A DNA stretch of 64,000 nt from Felis catus (taxonomy: Eukaryota), in contig NC_058369.1 of the NCBI RefSeq assembly GCF_018350175.1, forward strand, positions 27,530,001-27,594,000, in the 5' to 3' direction. The notes below the pieces were generated by a model that saw only the letters and a program-made list of their open reading frames with translations, was not told where the DNA came from and did not search any database. Shown piece by piece: positions 23,281 through 35,131 of the stretch. The first letter of the stretch is position 1, and each line of letters begins with the position of its first letter. The position numbers and the translations under genes are program-made.

Positions 23281-24221
23281 TTTTCAATATGGTCTTTGCT
23301 CATTTGCTATAGTCTTTTTGCCTTCGCTAAAATTTTAAGCAATACCAACAGCCTCAGCTGCAGCCAGGGTGGGCCTAGATTTAGAATAAGGTGGATTCTT
23401 TTCCTGGTGTGATTTGAAAAGTAGGACCATTCCATACAATGCTTTGAAGTCCATGGCAAGGTTTGACAGAGAATCCTGGCATCATGCTCACATATTGTCA
23501 CCAGTGGGAACAAGAAGAGCCATGTGGGGTGAACAAAGTGCACATTTTTTTCCCTGAGAGTTATAAGTAAGGGGATCAGGAAAGTCGAACACTAACTCAA
23601 CTGGAAGGCACAAAGACAATAAGGTGCTCCACAAACACACAATGTGAGAAAAGTGAGTTCTCTAAGAGTCCAGGGCAATAACCATCTGGCGTGTCAACTT
23701 CATTCTCTTTGAACTCTTCTCATCCCCTTTCCTGAAACATATTCCCTCCCTTCAGAGCAGGATCCTGCCTTATTTACGTTTACATCCCTCTTAAGGACTG
23801 GCGATTGTTTTTTGCTTAGGAAATGTATGCTAAATGAATGCTCTGAAGCTCTATAGAAAATCAGCATACTAGAAGTGAGGCAATAAGCATGTGAGCCAGG
23901 AAACCGGCTGGGACTCGGGGTCTCCTGGATAGCACCTTGTTCGGGAACTGGTATGGACACACAGGACCTGCATAAGAGTAACCCTTTGTTCAGTGAGAAA
24001 GATTCCCAGGGATGAGGCAGAGGCAGATGGAGACAGCTCCCCATACAGTCTGTGCTCTCCACAGACCCCACGTCTTGGTAGATCTGAGGTTTAGCAGATG
24101 GTGTTTTTGCATTAATTGTCTAAATTACCATCTATAAGATCCTCTGTTTTCTAAAAACTGGTTGCCGTAAGGCTTTCAGATTTTAATTTAACTTAAATGT
24201 TTGTGTGTGTTGGTAGTGTAC

Positions 24222-24600
24222 CTATGTTGCAGACTGGCCATCCCAGAGGGGCTGCACAGGAGATCCTGGGAAGAAGGTCAGTTGGCAACAGAACCTGGCC
24301 CGCAAGACAAGACTATGGCCCTTGTTCTCTTTGCACTGCCCACCAAACAAGTGTGGGAAGGGTGTCTTAGTATCGCCCAAGAAGAGATTGTTTGCCATGG
24401 TGGCTGTCTGTGGTTATGCTGGCATTAATGTCAGAAGAAAGACGAACTCTGGAGCTACCATAAAGGTAGTCCCAGAGATGATCCTCCAGCCTTTGAAAGG
24501 CACTAGAAAGCTTTGCGTCACATTCAAGACAACTTCCACACCAGCTCGTGTTGTCAATTTCATTGATTTTATTCACAACTTTTTTCTCTCCAATCTCTTT
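24222..24600 (-). other. Candidate 5' exon of an unidentified minus-strand gene, containing a Kozak-perfect 58-aa ORF (24398-24222)
   Basis: Minus-strand acceptor cttttttcttttcttcctttttttttcttttttaaag| at 24601; donor TAG|GTACAC at 24221; GCCACCATGG at 24404-24395; repeat-poor context. No product recognised. Confidence 0.35.
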
Positions 24601-25414
24601 CTTTAAAAAAGAAAAAAAAAGGAAGAAAAGAAAAAAGTATCCAATAGTCCTTGTTTTACCAGCAAGAAATGAGGCTGCAGAGCACTTCAGACAGCCAGTA
24701 GCTGTTTTCTATAAGCTTTGGCTGAGAGCTTCTAGGGGACTCCAGAAAAGGAAAGGAAAGCACAGGGACGGAGGGGAAGAGGAAGGGAAAGGGGGAGACA
24801 GTAGAGAAACAAAGGGAGGGAAGAAGGGAGAAAAGACAGAGAGGAGAATGCAGACATCCATAGCTTATGACTGAGGCTGGAGGTGTGGGCAGGTGGGAGA
24901 CCAAAGGAGTAGCAATGAGAGGAGGGCACTGTATGAAGAGCTTGTATGAATTTGGAAAGGAGAGAGACAGAGAGACAGAGAGAGACAGAGAGAGAGTTAT
25001 CTTTGATCCATTCCTAAGAGTGAGACAGAAAACATCAAAGCAAAATAACAGTCTCCCGCACTTGCCCTGCTGTGAATAGGGAGCATTCATTAGGGAGCAG
25101 CTCAGCTCCCCTGCCCCAAGCATGGCCGTCTGGCTGCTGCAGCCACAGATCCAGCTTGCTCAGCCTCCCAGAACACAGCACGTGCAAGGCTTGAGAAAAC
25201 AGATTCTGGAGGCTGCCACTCCTATGTGGGGTTAATTCACTGATGTGGAAGGGCAGTTGCTGCTAAATACCAGCTTCCCTTGCAAGATTCAGAGAAAGGG
25301 GGTGGCATCTTGTCTCTCAACACTATGAGTCCGTCACAGCGAGATACGGCTAAATAACAGCCCAGGAGGAAGATACTTGATCTCCTCAAACTCTTCAATC
25401 TCTAAAATAAGGTG

Positions 25415-25454
25415 TTTTTTTTTTTGTTTTTTTTTTTTGTTTTTTTTTTTTTTT
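25415..25454. repeat. Interrupted poly(T) tract
   Basis: About 40 nt of T with two G interruptions. Confidence 0.9.
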
Positions 25455-26676
25455 GAGGCAGAGGGGCAGTGGGGATTTCTTCACCTTCTAAAAGCCTCCA
25501 GCTCAGCTGGTAGACTTTTATAAAAAGTAAAATTTGCTTTTATTAAAGGCAACAGATCTGCTAATCTGAGCACCACAGACATAACTGAGATTCATTTTCC
25601 CTGGTTGTCCCAAAAACTGTACAGACTTCTGGCTCCCATGGACACGGGAAGTTATATGGTGAGATCATGTTTACTTAGCTACCTCTCCTTAAACAGAACT
25701 GGTCACCTGGACAGAGTTGGGGGACATGAGTCCTCCCAAAGTAAAGACACACAGGAATGTCCTCCTTCCCAGCAAGGCCCTCACAAAAGAAGCTAGACAC
25801 GTCATCAGCACAGAGAGATCAGCTTCCTATTCTTTGTGGCGACTCATGTGTGTCATAGTCAGTAAAAACGGCAATGCAGCAAAGAACACAGATAAAAAGA
25901 AACATCCTGGAGAATTCTTCCGTTTTTTAAAAAAAAATATTGTCTCTGTTGACTTGAAGTGGTGTAGAAACAGTTCCATATGCTGTGCTTCTTTTTTTCC
26001 CTTGCATCTTATAGTTTAAACATAGATCTACTACCGGATACAACTTCTGTTAACAATATGGCGTACTGGGTTAGCAAAGGAACCATTCTTTTCTTACATG
26101 CTCTGGAACGGGGAAAGCTGCCAGCCATCTTGAGTTCCCTGCTCACATGTAATTATGGAAAGTATTATGCTCTTAAGTTCTTTGCCACTTCTTTTCTGTA
26201 ACACAAACTAAAATGACATACTCATTTCTCTAAGTTCTTGCCTGGGGACCAAATTAAGTCCCAGAAACTGTTCATCTTAGCAAGCCTGTCTCTTTTATTT
26301 TATATAGTATGTTTGTCTATATTTCATGTTGCTTTGTGTGGACATTACTACCAGTGCTTCTTCACTAATTTTCTTTTTCTTAAAAAATCATTTTCATGTC
26401 TACAGATGAACTTATTCCTATATTTGTGTAGTAAATATCAAAACACACATGAGATTATAAGCCCTTTTGACCACCCTGGCCTACTTCTGACCCCCTTCTT
26501 AGAGATAATAGTACTACCAGATTGGCTCACATTTTTCCAGATATTTTTCTGTATATTTTCACAGATCTATATACACAGTCATATGTCTTGTTTTTGTTGC
26601 TACTATTCTTAGATAAATGGAATCATGCCAAAGAATGGGGCCTTCATGATTTATTTACCCATTCCTCTACTGAGTG

Positions 26677-26681
<5 letters not shown>

Positions 26682-26708
<27 letters not shown>
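26682..26708. repeat. (TG)n microsatellite
   Basis: Read directly. Confidence 0.95.
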
Positions 26709-26774
26709 ATAATTTGCCTGTTAATTCACTAAAAACCTAGGTTCCATTTTCAACATTTATAATCAAACCAAGCT

Positions 26775-26950
26775 GAAGCAGTAGAAAGAATACGAAAGTG
26801 GATTGAGTTTGATTCCAACTCTGTCACTAATGACCATGTGGCCTTGGCCAAGTCACTGTCTCTTTGGGCCAGCATCTCCTGACCTGTTGGGGAGATGGGC
26901 AAGTGCAGTGATAAGCTTGTTTAGACCAAAGTCCCCTAGTGCTAAGGTCA
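26775..26950 (+). mobile_element. MIR/MIR3 remnant
   Basis: gagtttgattccaactctgtcactaatgaccatgtggccttggccaagtcactgtctctttgggcc. Confidence 0.7.
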
Positions 26951-27369
26951 GGCTTTTCACACTGCAGTATGAGTGATTTAATTCAATAGATACATTTAAT
27001 GCCAAATATGTGCCATTATTCTCTGTTATCCGATTGCCTCTATACTTAGAATTATGCAAGTTTCATTGGAATCATTGGTACCACCATATTCCAACTCAGA
27101 GGTCACTGGTAGATTATTGAACCTACACATGTATTTTCTCTGAGTCATGCAAAAGTTTTGTTTTAATTGAATTAGTTATCAGTGTTTTAATATCAGGAAA
27201 CTTCATAGAAAAATATAGTCTTATTACTTGTCTTAGAAGAAAACAATTTTTGGCAAAATTTTCATCCTTTAGAAAGATCCCAGTGCTGCCCCCAGACAAT
27301 GGGGAAAGCACAAAAAGGCAAGAAGCAGGAACAGTTTACAGTGGTTCAGGTAGATTGGAATGAGGGCAA

Positions 27370-27612
27370 TCCCCCCTAAATCTTCCTCAGAATTCCTACT
27401 CCTCCTTTCCTACTTGTTTTTTCCCCTATCACCTACACATGCCATCTGATATGTTTTACCTTTTCCTTATTTCATTTAGTGTCTATCTCCCCTATTCCAA
27501 TGTTAGCTCCACAAGAGCGAAGATTTTTGTCCATTTTATTTATTTTTCTGTCTCAACACTAAGAATGCCAAGTACATAGTAGACACTCAAAAAATACTTA
27601 CTGAATTGATGG
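27370..27612 (+). mobile_element. L2 3' end
   Basis: gtgtctatctcccctattccaatgttagctccacaagagc...agtacatagtagacactcaaaaaatacttactgaattga. Confidence 0.75.
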
Positions 27613-27616
27613 GACA

Positions 27617-27788
27617 TGATGGATGGATGGATGGATGGATGGATGGATAAATGGAAGGAAGGAAGAGTGGAAGGAAGGAAGGAAGGAAGGAAGGAAGGAA
27701 GGAAGGAAGGAAGGAAGGAAGGAAGGAAGGGTGGAAGGAAGGAAGGAAGGAAGGAAGGAAGGAAAGAAAGAAAGAAGGCAGGCAGGAA
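27617..27788. repeat. Compound (GATG)n-(GGAA)n-(GAAA)n microsatellite
   Basis: Read directly; it begins at the L2 tail. Confidence 0.95.
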
Positions 27789-27939
27789 AAGGGATGGAAT
27801 TAGTTGGTACAGGTAATCTGATGGGCATAGTTAAATGGAGAAGTTCCTCTGTTCTTGAAGAGAACCAGTCTGGAATTGAAGACACCCATGTATACAATTA
27901 TTATAAACATATAATAACAGGTATCAGCATTATGAACAA

Positions 27940-29100
27940 ATTATTAATGCAGGATAGAGAAGAAAGAAAGAAATTTAGCTAGAGTATGTAAAGTTCTTAG
28001 AATAGGTCCAGAGAAAAATGAGTAGAATTTTTCTAGCTAGAGAAGAGAAAAGAAGGATGTTCCAAGCACACGAATGTCCATGAACACAGGCATGGAAGCA
28101 TAAGTGTACACGAAGGCTCAGAGGGTAGCCTCTGACTAAGTGGACTAACCTAGTGGACGAAGAGTGGCATGTAGGGATCAGAAGGCTGGACAAGAGCTGA
28201 GAAAGTGGGTTAGGACAATATAATGAATAAAACTCTATTAGCCATGCTAATACATTTTAATTTTATACAGTTTGTCAGTGTTTCTCAGGGTACAATCCAT
28301 GGACAACAAGCTCCTCAGAATCATCCAGGATAGTTGTTCAAGCATCGATTCCTAGGCAACCTTGAATAACCTAATGGGTCTTCAGCAATGCAACTCAGAT
28401 TTTTTTTTCATAAATGTGTTCTTCATGTGGTTCTTATACCTAATAACATCTGAGAGGCATGAATTTAGAAGCTATCCATTCTAAAACATGTCTGTTCACT
28501 TGAATTACCTGAGGTACTTTAATAATAAGAACACACCCAAGCCTTAGTCCATTACTGGTGATTCTGATCCATAGCCCATAGAGCCTAAAATATTTGCCAC
28601 TGGTCCTTTACACATGTTTGCATATCTCTGCTTTAGAGTGCTTACTGGCGATACAAAGAAGGGGAAAGGGGGCCAAATAAGAATGGTGAGGGAGGTTTGA
28701 ACCAGGGCAAGAGAAAAGAGTAAGGTGAGAGACCTTGACGTATCCATAGACTTTTCGGACTGACTGAGTATATGAAATAAGAGAATGATAAAAGCCATCA
28801 GTTTCATATTTTCAACTTGAAGACATGGGTGAATGCCACTAACCAAGATAAGGCTCATCAAAGAAAAAGTGAATAGAACCTTCCATGAAAGGAATGTGAG
28901 TAGGACCAAGTTACAGACTTTCTGGACTCAAAGTGCAGATAAAGATGCCCAGGTAGCAACTGGGGATATGAATCTAATATTCAGGAGAGAGGTAGGGCTG
29001 GGGATACAGACTTAGGGACTACCATCTTAGGGATGGGAGAAGTCGGGGAGTAGACCAGACCAGACCAGACCACACATGGAGGCATGAGCCCAAGAAGTAA
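27940..29100 (-). mobile_element. Fragmented L2 interrupted by MER5-like hAT elements (about 28275-28630)
   Basis: L2 motifs ggatgttccaagcacac, gccatgctaatacattttaattttatac, tgggtgaatgccactaaccaagata, tcaggagagaggtagggctggggatacagactt; insert starts cagtgtttctcag...cagaatcatccagg. Confidence 0.6.
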
Positions 29101-29960
29101 TCAAAAGGTGGAGAGAAAATAAAACTAAATAATATTTGTGGGACAGAACTACTGGTATAGGATTTTGGGGTGGTCTTCACAGGCCTAGGAGGTATACAGA
29201 ATGCTCTGGAGATTGGGCGCCTCCTGCCAGCTTCCTGTGGAGATGACCATGGAAAACACCCAACACCCATCATCTGCAAGGAGACAGCTGCAGTTTTGCC
29301 TCTTCATGTGGTTTCCTCACACCCACCCCCTGGGAAGTGCAATATGATTTTCCCACAGAGCAGATGGGATGCTAGCTGGCGTCGCCCCTGCCTTGCAGAG
29401 TTCCTTCTTGGTTCAGCAATGACAGAGCCTGGTAGTGCAAACAAGGCTGGCTCACCGGTGCCTGGCGCCCAAGCAACCACTGAGCCTGCCCTGCTGATGC
29501 CCTGCCATGCACCAACTAACAAAGCATTTAGTGCCAAGATCAGAACAATTCTTAGAGAGTTTCCCTCTCCATATATCTGGAGAGAGAGAGAGAAAAGGAG
29601 CAAGGGAGAGAAGACAAGGAGAAAGAGGGAAGAAATGAAGGAAGAAGGGAGTTAAAGAAGGAAGGGAAGAAAAGATAAGAAAAGAAGAGCAGTGTAGACA
29701 CTGAGCCAGGGGACCTCCCACTGGTTAACTGACCTGCTGTGGAGCCTTGAGAGCTACTGTGTATATTGAAGGTAGCAGCATGTGTGAGGTGTCTAGTGCA
29801 ACACCTGATACACTGAACACCAATTACCTATAGTTTGAATATCCAGGGAAAGTAGGTCAGCCTCTAAATTGATAGACCTTTTGATAACTTACGCACAGTC
29901 ATGCAGCAAAATCCATGTGAGAAAGGTTGGGGAAATTCCGTATTATACTACATCCTTTCT

Positions 29961-30200
29961 TTTTATTTTTTTATTTAAAAAAAAAATTTTTTTTTCAACA
30001 TTTTTATTTATTTTTGGGACAGAGAGAGACAGAGCATGAACGGGGGAGGGGCAGAGAGAGAGGGAGACACAGAATCGGAAACAGGCTCCAGGCTCCGAGC
30101 CATCAGCCCAGAGCCTGACGCGGGGCTAGAACTCACGGGCCGCGAGATCGTGACCTGGCTGAAGTCGGACGCTTAACTGACTGCACCACCCAGGCGCCCC
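29961..30200 (-). mobile_element. Young Can-SINE with perfect 17-bp TSD
   Basis: CpG-rich body (cacgggccgcgagatcgtgacctggctgaagtcggacgc...caggcgcccc); TSD tatactacatcctttct at 29944-29960 and 30202-30218. Confidence 0.98.
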
Positions 30201-31799
30201 GTATACTACATCCTTTCTGCAATCTTAGTGGCAAAAGTGTTTAGCTTGGGTGCAATTTGACACTTAAAAAGAAGTACCTTGAAGAGGGAGAAGGGAGCCC
30301 TCCCTTCTCTTAGGGAGAACCCTACTTGAAGGTTCAATGTGTTACAGCAGTACACTGAAAGTACTTTAAATGTTCACTGCCAGTTTCCAGCTTCCAAGAT
30401 TTCTCTGCCCCCTCTTTCCTTTCTTTCAACCAATCCCTCCTTTATCCCTCCATCCATTCCTCCTCCTCCCTGCAGTGGTGGACTAATTTTTGAGGGGCAT
30501 CTTCCTAAGCCTTTGCATATTTCTCCTGCTGGGAAGTTTTGCTGTTGGGATTTTCCAGCTGGTTCTGCAAAGGGGCTTTCAAAGAACTTTTGAAATCTGC
30601 AGTGCTGTGTATGTTTTGATAAAACGACGGAAGGTTTTATTTGTTTGGTTGGGTTTGCTGTTTGAAGGGTTGCAGCCTCCCCTGGGACCTCCTACTATCT
30701 TCTGGCTAGTGCTTCTAGAGAATTCCTTCCTGCTGACTTGCAGAGGGTTGGATTCTTTTTCAATAGTGCATATGCTGCTGTATTGTCTGTTTGCTTAACT
30801 TCATATTTCTTCCCTTGATGGATTTTCTATGGAGATTATCCCTACTTGTTTGATCTTTAATTTCAGATCTTGTCATATTCTTTACAAGTGTGTTTTTTTA
30901 ATGGATGTTTCTTTGGTCAGAACAAATTTCCATGGGCCTCAGCAAGTGTTAATGGCACTTTCATTTATTATCATAGACAACATCAGTTTCTAGGGGGCAA
31001 GTGAGTTCTGTGATGGTTCAGAGAAGAAATAAATTGTCTTACAACTTTGGCAATTTTATTTCACACCTGTGGCCTCAGAAGAGGAGAGAATCTGAGAACA
31101 TTGGCCACATCTGTCCATGAAGATTTCTCCATTATTACTCGACTCCCCAGCCTGGAGTACTGAACACTCAGAAAAGTACGCAGCTTTACTCATCTAACTC
31201 AATGGACTTGCAGAAGAATAAAATGATGTCTAAGAAACACGGCTTAAGAATCAGGCTTTGAAAGAAGGCCTCAGTTTATCTTATGTATCAATGAGTTTTG
31301 TTCTAGACAGGACTCATGGCTCCCATGGGGGCTTTTGGTGAAGGGGCACAAGTTAATCGACTGAGGCTCTGTGGGTCTCAGAAAACCTCCTTCCCAATCT
31401 GCTTTGGGACAGCCTTGGAAAGCACCCCCCAACAGAGTTGGCAGTCTGAATTCATAAAGTGACTGCATCCCAAAACAAGAGATTTCAATATTCTTTGCTG
31501 ACTTTTTAGTGACCATTTCCATGGCAATTTTACATCCATCCAACCAACCTTCCATCCATCCATTTCTCTATCCATCATTAGTATAATGTCCCTAAGGCTG
31601 CTTTCTTGCTTAAAACAAGGAATCTTCACAGCTGAAACTCATTTCACTATCCTGCCACAGCTCTGAGTCTCCTCCAAAACATGGATCTTTTTGCTATCTT
31701 CAGTTTCATTCGTTAGTATAATTCTATATCCAGGGTAAATGGGAGGGTATGCACATATTACTCAATTCTCTTCTATTCTGATCACTCTACTCTCAAATA

Positions 31800-31965
31800 G
31801 TGATATACGTTCCTTTTTTTAGCAACCTTATTCCCCTTAACCTGTTCTGTTTTTCCATCCCACTTATCACCTTCTAGCTTACCTTGTACTGTACCCATTT
31901 ATTATGCTTATGGCTTATTGCCTATGTCTAGAATATAAACTCCATGAAGGTAGGGATCTCTGTCT
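31800..31965 (+). mobile_element. L2 3' fragment, followed by a hAT-like (MER20-related) fragment to about 32090
   Basis: cacttatcaccttctag...ctagaatataaactccatgaaggtagggatctctgtctt. Confidence 0.6.
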
Positions 31966-32759
31966 TGCGTGGCCCCTGCTGTCCAGTTGCTAGTAGTGCC
32001 CTGACCCCACAATGTAACAATTAAAAACATCCCTGCCCATTTCCAAATTCCTCATATGGTTCTATTAAGGCTTTGCTTGATAACTACTGCAAGTTTTGTT
32101 TGTTGGTTTTTGTTTTTGTTTTTTGTCTTTTTTTAAAAAACTGAAGTTCCATGTAGCCAATAATTGGTCTACTTTATGGTGTCTTAGGGGCCCTCTCAAG
32201 GATGATACACTTTCCTTCTTATATGCCTCATTCAACAGATTTCAAAATCCTTTCACACAATTAAAGACATTGATATTTTATGGTAAATCTCCACTGTCAA
32301 ATATGTCTTCTATGCCAGTCATTAAGAAGCCAGTAAATGAATATTTACTAAGTGCTTTTGAGTCTAATACCATGCTGTGCAATGTACATTTCAAAACACA
32401 AATGACATCCTGTAGTCGTGTTCGGGCCACTTGAGCTCAGCCTCTGATCTAATCCTGCCCCCATATTATAAGCTTAAGCTAGGCACTGCAGTCACAGAAC
32501 AAGTTTGACTGATTTCTTTTCACTGTACTGGTCAGTTATTCAACCATGATGGACAGACTGATGAGTTAAATTGAAATAACACAGTCCAAGAGAATGACAT
32601 CTAAAATCAATGATGGCAAAAATAACAGACATTTCTATGACAGAATATCAACAAATAATTACTGATTGTCTACTGGATACAAAGTACTGTGCCACAGGAC
32701 AACTTAAGGTATGGTTAACATGGCACCAAATGTCATTCTGCTGGGGGTGGTGGTGAGAA

Positions 32760-32995
32760 TGTACTATGTGCACAGATATTACTACTCACCTAAGTGTTGA
32801 TAATGAGAGTTGCTATACTGAATACATGCACAATCTCATTTAATCACTAACATGAATACTCTAGGTAACCCTGTTCTACAGATGAGGAAATTGAAGCCCA
32901 GAGAAGTGAAAAGGCAAGGTGTCACTCAGCTGGGAATTGGTGAGCCAGTATTTAAAGTCAAGTTTGTCTGATGCCAAGGAGTGTTAACCATGATG
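32760..32995 (-). mobile_element. MIR remnant
   Basis: atctcatttaatcact...ctgttctacagatgaggaaattgaagcccagagaagtgaa...tcactcagctgggaattggtgagccagtatttaaa. Confidence 0.75.
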
Positions 32996-33796
32996 TGACA
33001 AATTAACATTTTGGAATTGCCAGAAATGTGCAGTTTTCATTTTTTTTTGGTTGTATAGGCACAAACACAAGGAGATAAGCAGGTAATATATAATTTTAAA
33101 GTCTGTCTTTAAAGTGATATGTGTTGGATTGCTCTGTACCTTCCGCCCCATCTAATCTTTATCATTTTAATCCAAATGTGATGTTTGATCACAAATCGCT
33201 CATCTTGAAATGAATTACAACATCTCACATTAAAGAAGCACTTAGAGGTCCACCTCTATTCTATTTCAGGCAGCTTCTATACGAATCCTTTTTGATCTTT
33301 CCTAAAATTAAAATAAAACCCACACTTTGACATCACGGAATAACACAAGTGTTCAATTCTGTGAACATGGAAGAAAAGCAACGGATTATTTGGAGTTGAA
33401 GGAAAAGAAATAGCTGTTTCATTTGATTCTTCATGTTTGAACTCTACTGTCAGATTGTGATCCTTTTTTTCTGCCTCATGTAGCTTTTTAAGAATGATCA
33501 TCAAAAAAACACGAAACAAAGAAAAAGAAATAAACTACACTTTCTTGCTTCCAGGACTGAAGACATTTTCTCCTTGGCATGTAGTCTAGTAAGTAGGAAA
33601 ATCTAGAATGAAAGTTATGGTGTTGCTTCAGTAACTTCTAAGAAATCGATATAATTTTGGTTTTCTGCTACAACTCTCAAAGAACATTTGATGTATCTCT
33701 TAGTCACTGACAACTTTCTTCATACGCTGAAGCAAAGCCATTCCAGCCTCAAGTGTATGTGCCTGCAGATGATAAAGAGTGATTATTTGAAGTTTG

Positions 33797-33996
33797 CTTT
33801 ATTTATTGTTTGTGTATTTATTAATTTTGAAGAGAGGGAACATGAGTTAGGGAGAGGGGCAGAGGGAGAGAATCTCAAGCAGGCTCCACACTCAGCACAG
33901 AGCCTGACATGAAGCTCGACTCCACACCCCTGGGATCACAACCTGAGCCGAAGTCAAGACTCGGACACTCAACCAACTGAGCCACCCAGGTGGCCC
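33797..33996 (-). mobile_element. Can-SINE (older Fc2-like)
   Basis: gagaatctcaagcaggctccacactcagcacagagcc...acctgagccgaagtcaagactcggacactcaaccaactgagccacccaggtggccc. Confidence 0.93.
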
Positions 33997-34026
33997 AAAA
34001 TTTTCATCTTTAAAAAGAGAGATGCT

Positions 34027-34250
34027 GGGGCACCTGGGTGGCTCAGTTGGTTAAGCATCCAACTTCCGCTCAGGTCATGATCTCACGGTTTGTGAGTTCA
34101 GCCCCATGTCAGGCTCTGTGCTGACAGCTTAGAGTCTGGAGCCTGCTTTGGATTCTGTATTTCCCTCTCTCTCTGCCCCTCTCCTGTTCATGCTCTGTCT
34201 CTGTCTCTCTCTCTCTCTCTCTCAAATATAAACATTATTTTTTTTAATTA
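34027..34250 (+). mobile_element. Can-SINE, head-to-head with the preceding copy
   Basis: ggggcacctgggtggctcagttggttaagcatcc...gagtctggagcctgctttgg...(CT)n; TSD core agagatgc on both sides. Confidence 0.95.
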
Positions 34251-34518
34251 AGAGATGCAATGTTCCCAAATAGCTACATGTGACATGTTCCCATAGATAT
34301 TGCCAAGCACATGCCTGAATTTGGGGACAAATTCCATTAAGACTTTGAACCATGATAATTAACTTACCATTAACTGAAAAATACTGTTTCAACCATGTTA
34401 CATCCTTGGTTAAGATAGATTTATGGGAAAATCTCTTTCTGATACTATATGTGACTTTTTAAAAGTAAGCAGCCTGTTGAGTTTGGTGCTTTTAAGGAAT
34501 AGAGGGTTACAAAATTGC

Positions 34519-34520
<2 letters not shown>

Positions 34521-34553
<33 letters not shown>
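34521..34553. repeat. (TG)n microsatellite, about 16 units
   Basis: Read directly. Confidence 0.97.
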
Positions 34554-34556
<3 letters not shown>

Positions 34557-34935
34557 GTCACCAAGTCACCTAGCTAATAAGACAAATTTACTCAAGCAAC
34601 TCATCTGGTGTTATATGAACCTGCCAAGAAAGAAAGCAAATCTTAAGTGTTTAAAAGGCTCTCTAGTTTAATCATCACAATGCTTGTGAAGAAACAATCA
34701 TAAAAGGATTAAAGGATGAAAAGTGGATGCAGAATTGTGTTTTACAAGTGTATGGCACCCACTGGATACCAAGAAGTAGGTGATGGTTAATTACAAAAAT
34801 CACATCCAGTTGGTTAAATAACATGGAACTAAACATCGATTTCAATTGTGGACAAGGATAGAAATGGGTTGAGACAATCTCTGCTTTAGCCCCTGAAAAT
34901 TTATCTTTGTTCTATATGGATCCATGTGGTTCTAA

Positions 34936-35131
34936 TTTTTTTTAACGTTTATTCATTTTCGAGAGACAGAGCATGAGCAGAGAAGGGGAGAAAGGAAGAC
35001 ACAGAATGTGAAGCAGGCTCCAGGCCCTGAGCTGTCAGCACAGAGCCCGATGCGGGGCTCAAACTCACAAACCATGATCATGAACTGAGCTGAAGTCAGA
35101 CACTCAACCGACTGAGCCACTCACATGCCCC
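34936..35131 (-). mobile_element. Can-SINE with perfect 19-bp TSD
   Basis: TSD tggatccatgtggttctaa at 34917-34935 and 35132-35150; body aagcaggctccaggccctgagctgtcagcacagagcccgatgcggggctc. Confidence 0.97.

Noticed and set aside
27598..27982. ORFs with RKEG/LPSF repeats (also at 22061, 54499, 56076)
   Set aside because: These are translations of stop-free (GGAA)n/(AAAG)n microsatellites.
29170..29655. Longest ORF in the track (161 aa) in a mildly GC-rich patch
   Set aside because: GTG start, no recognisable domain, purine low-complexity C-terminus, and no convincing splice sites. ORFs of this length arise by chance.
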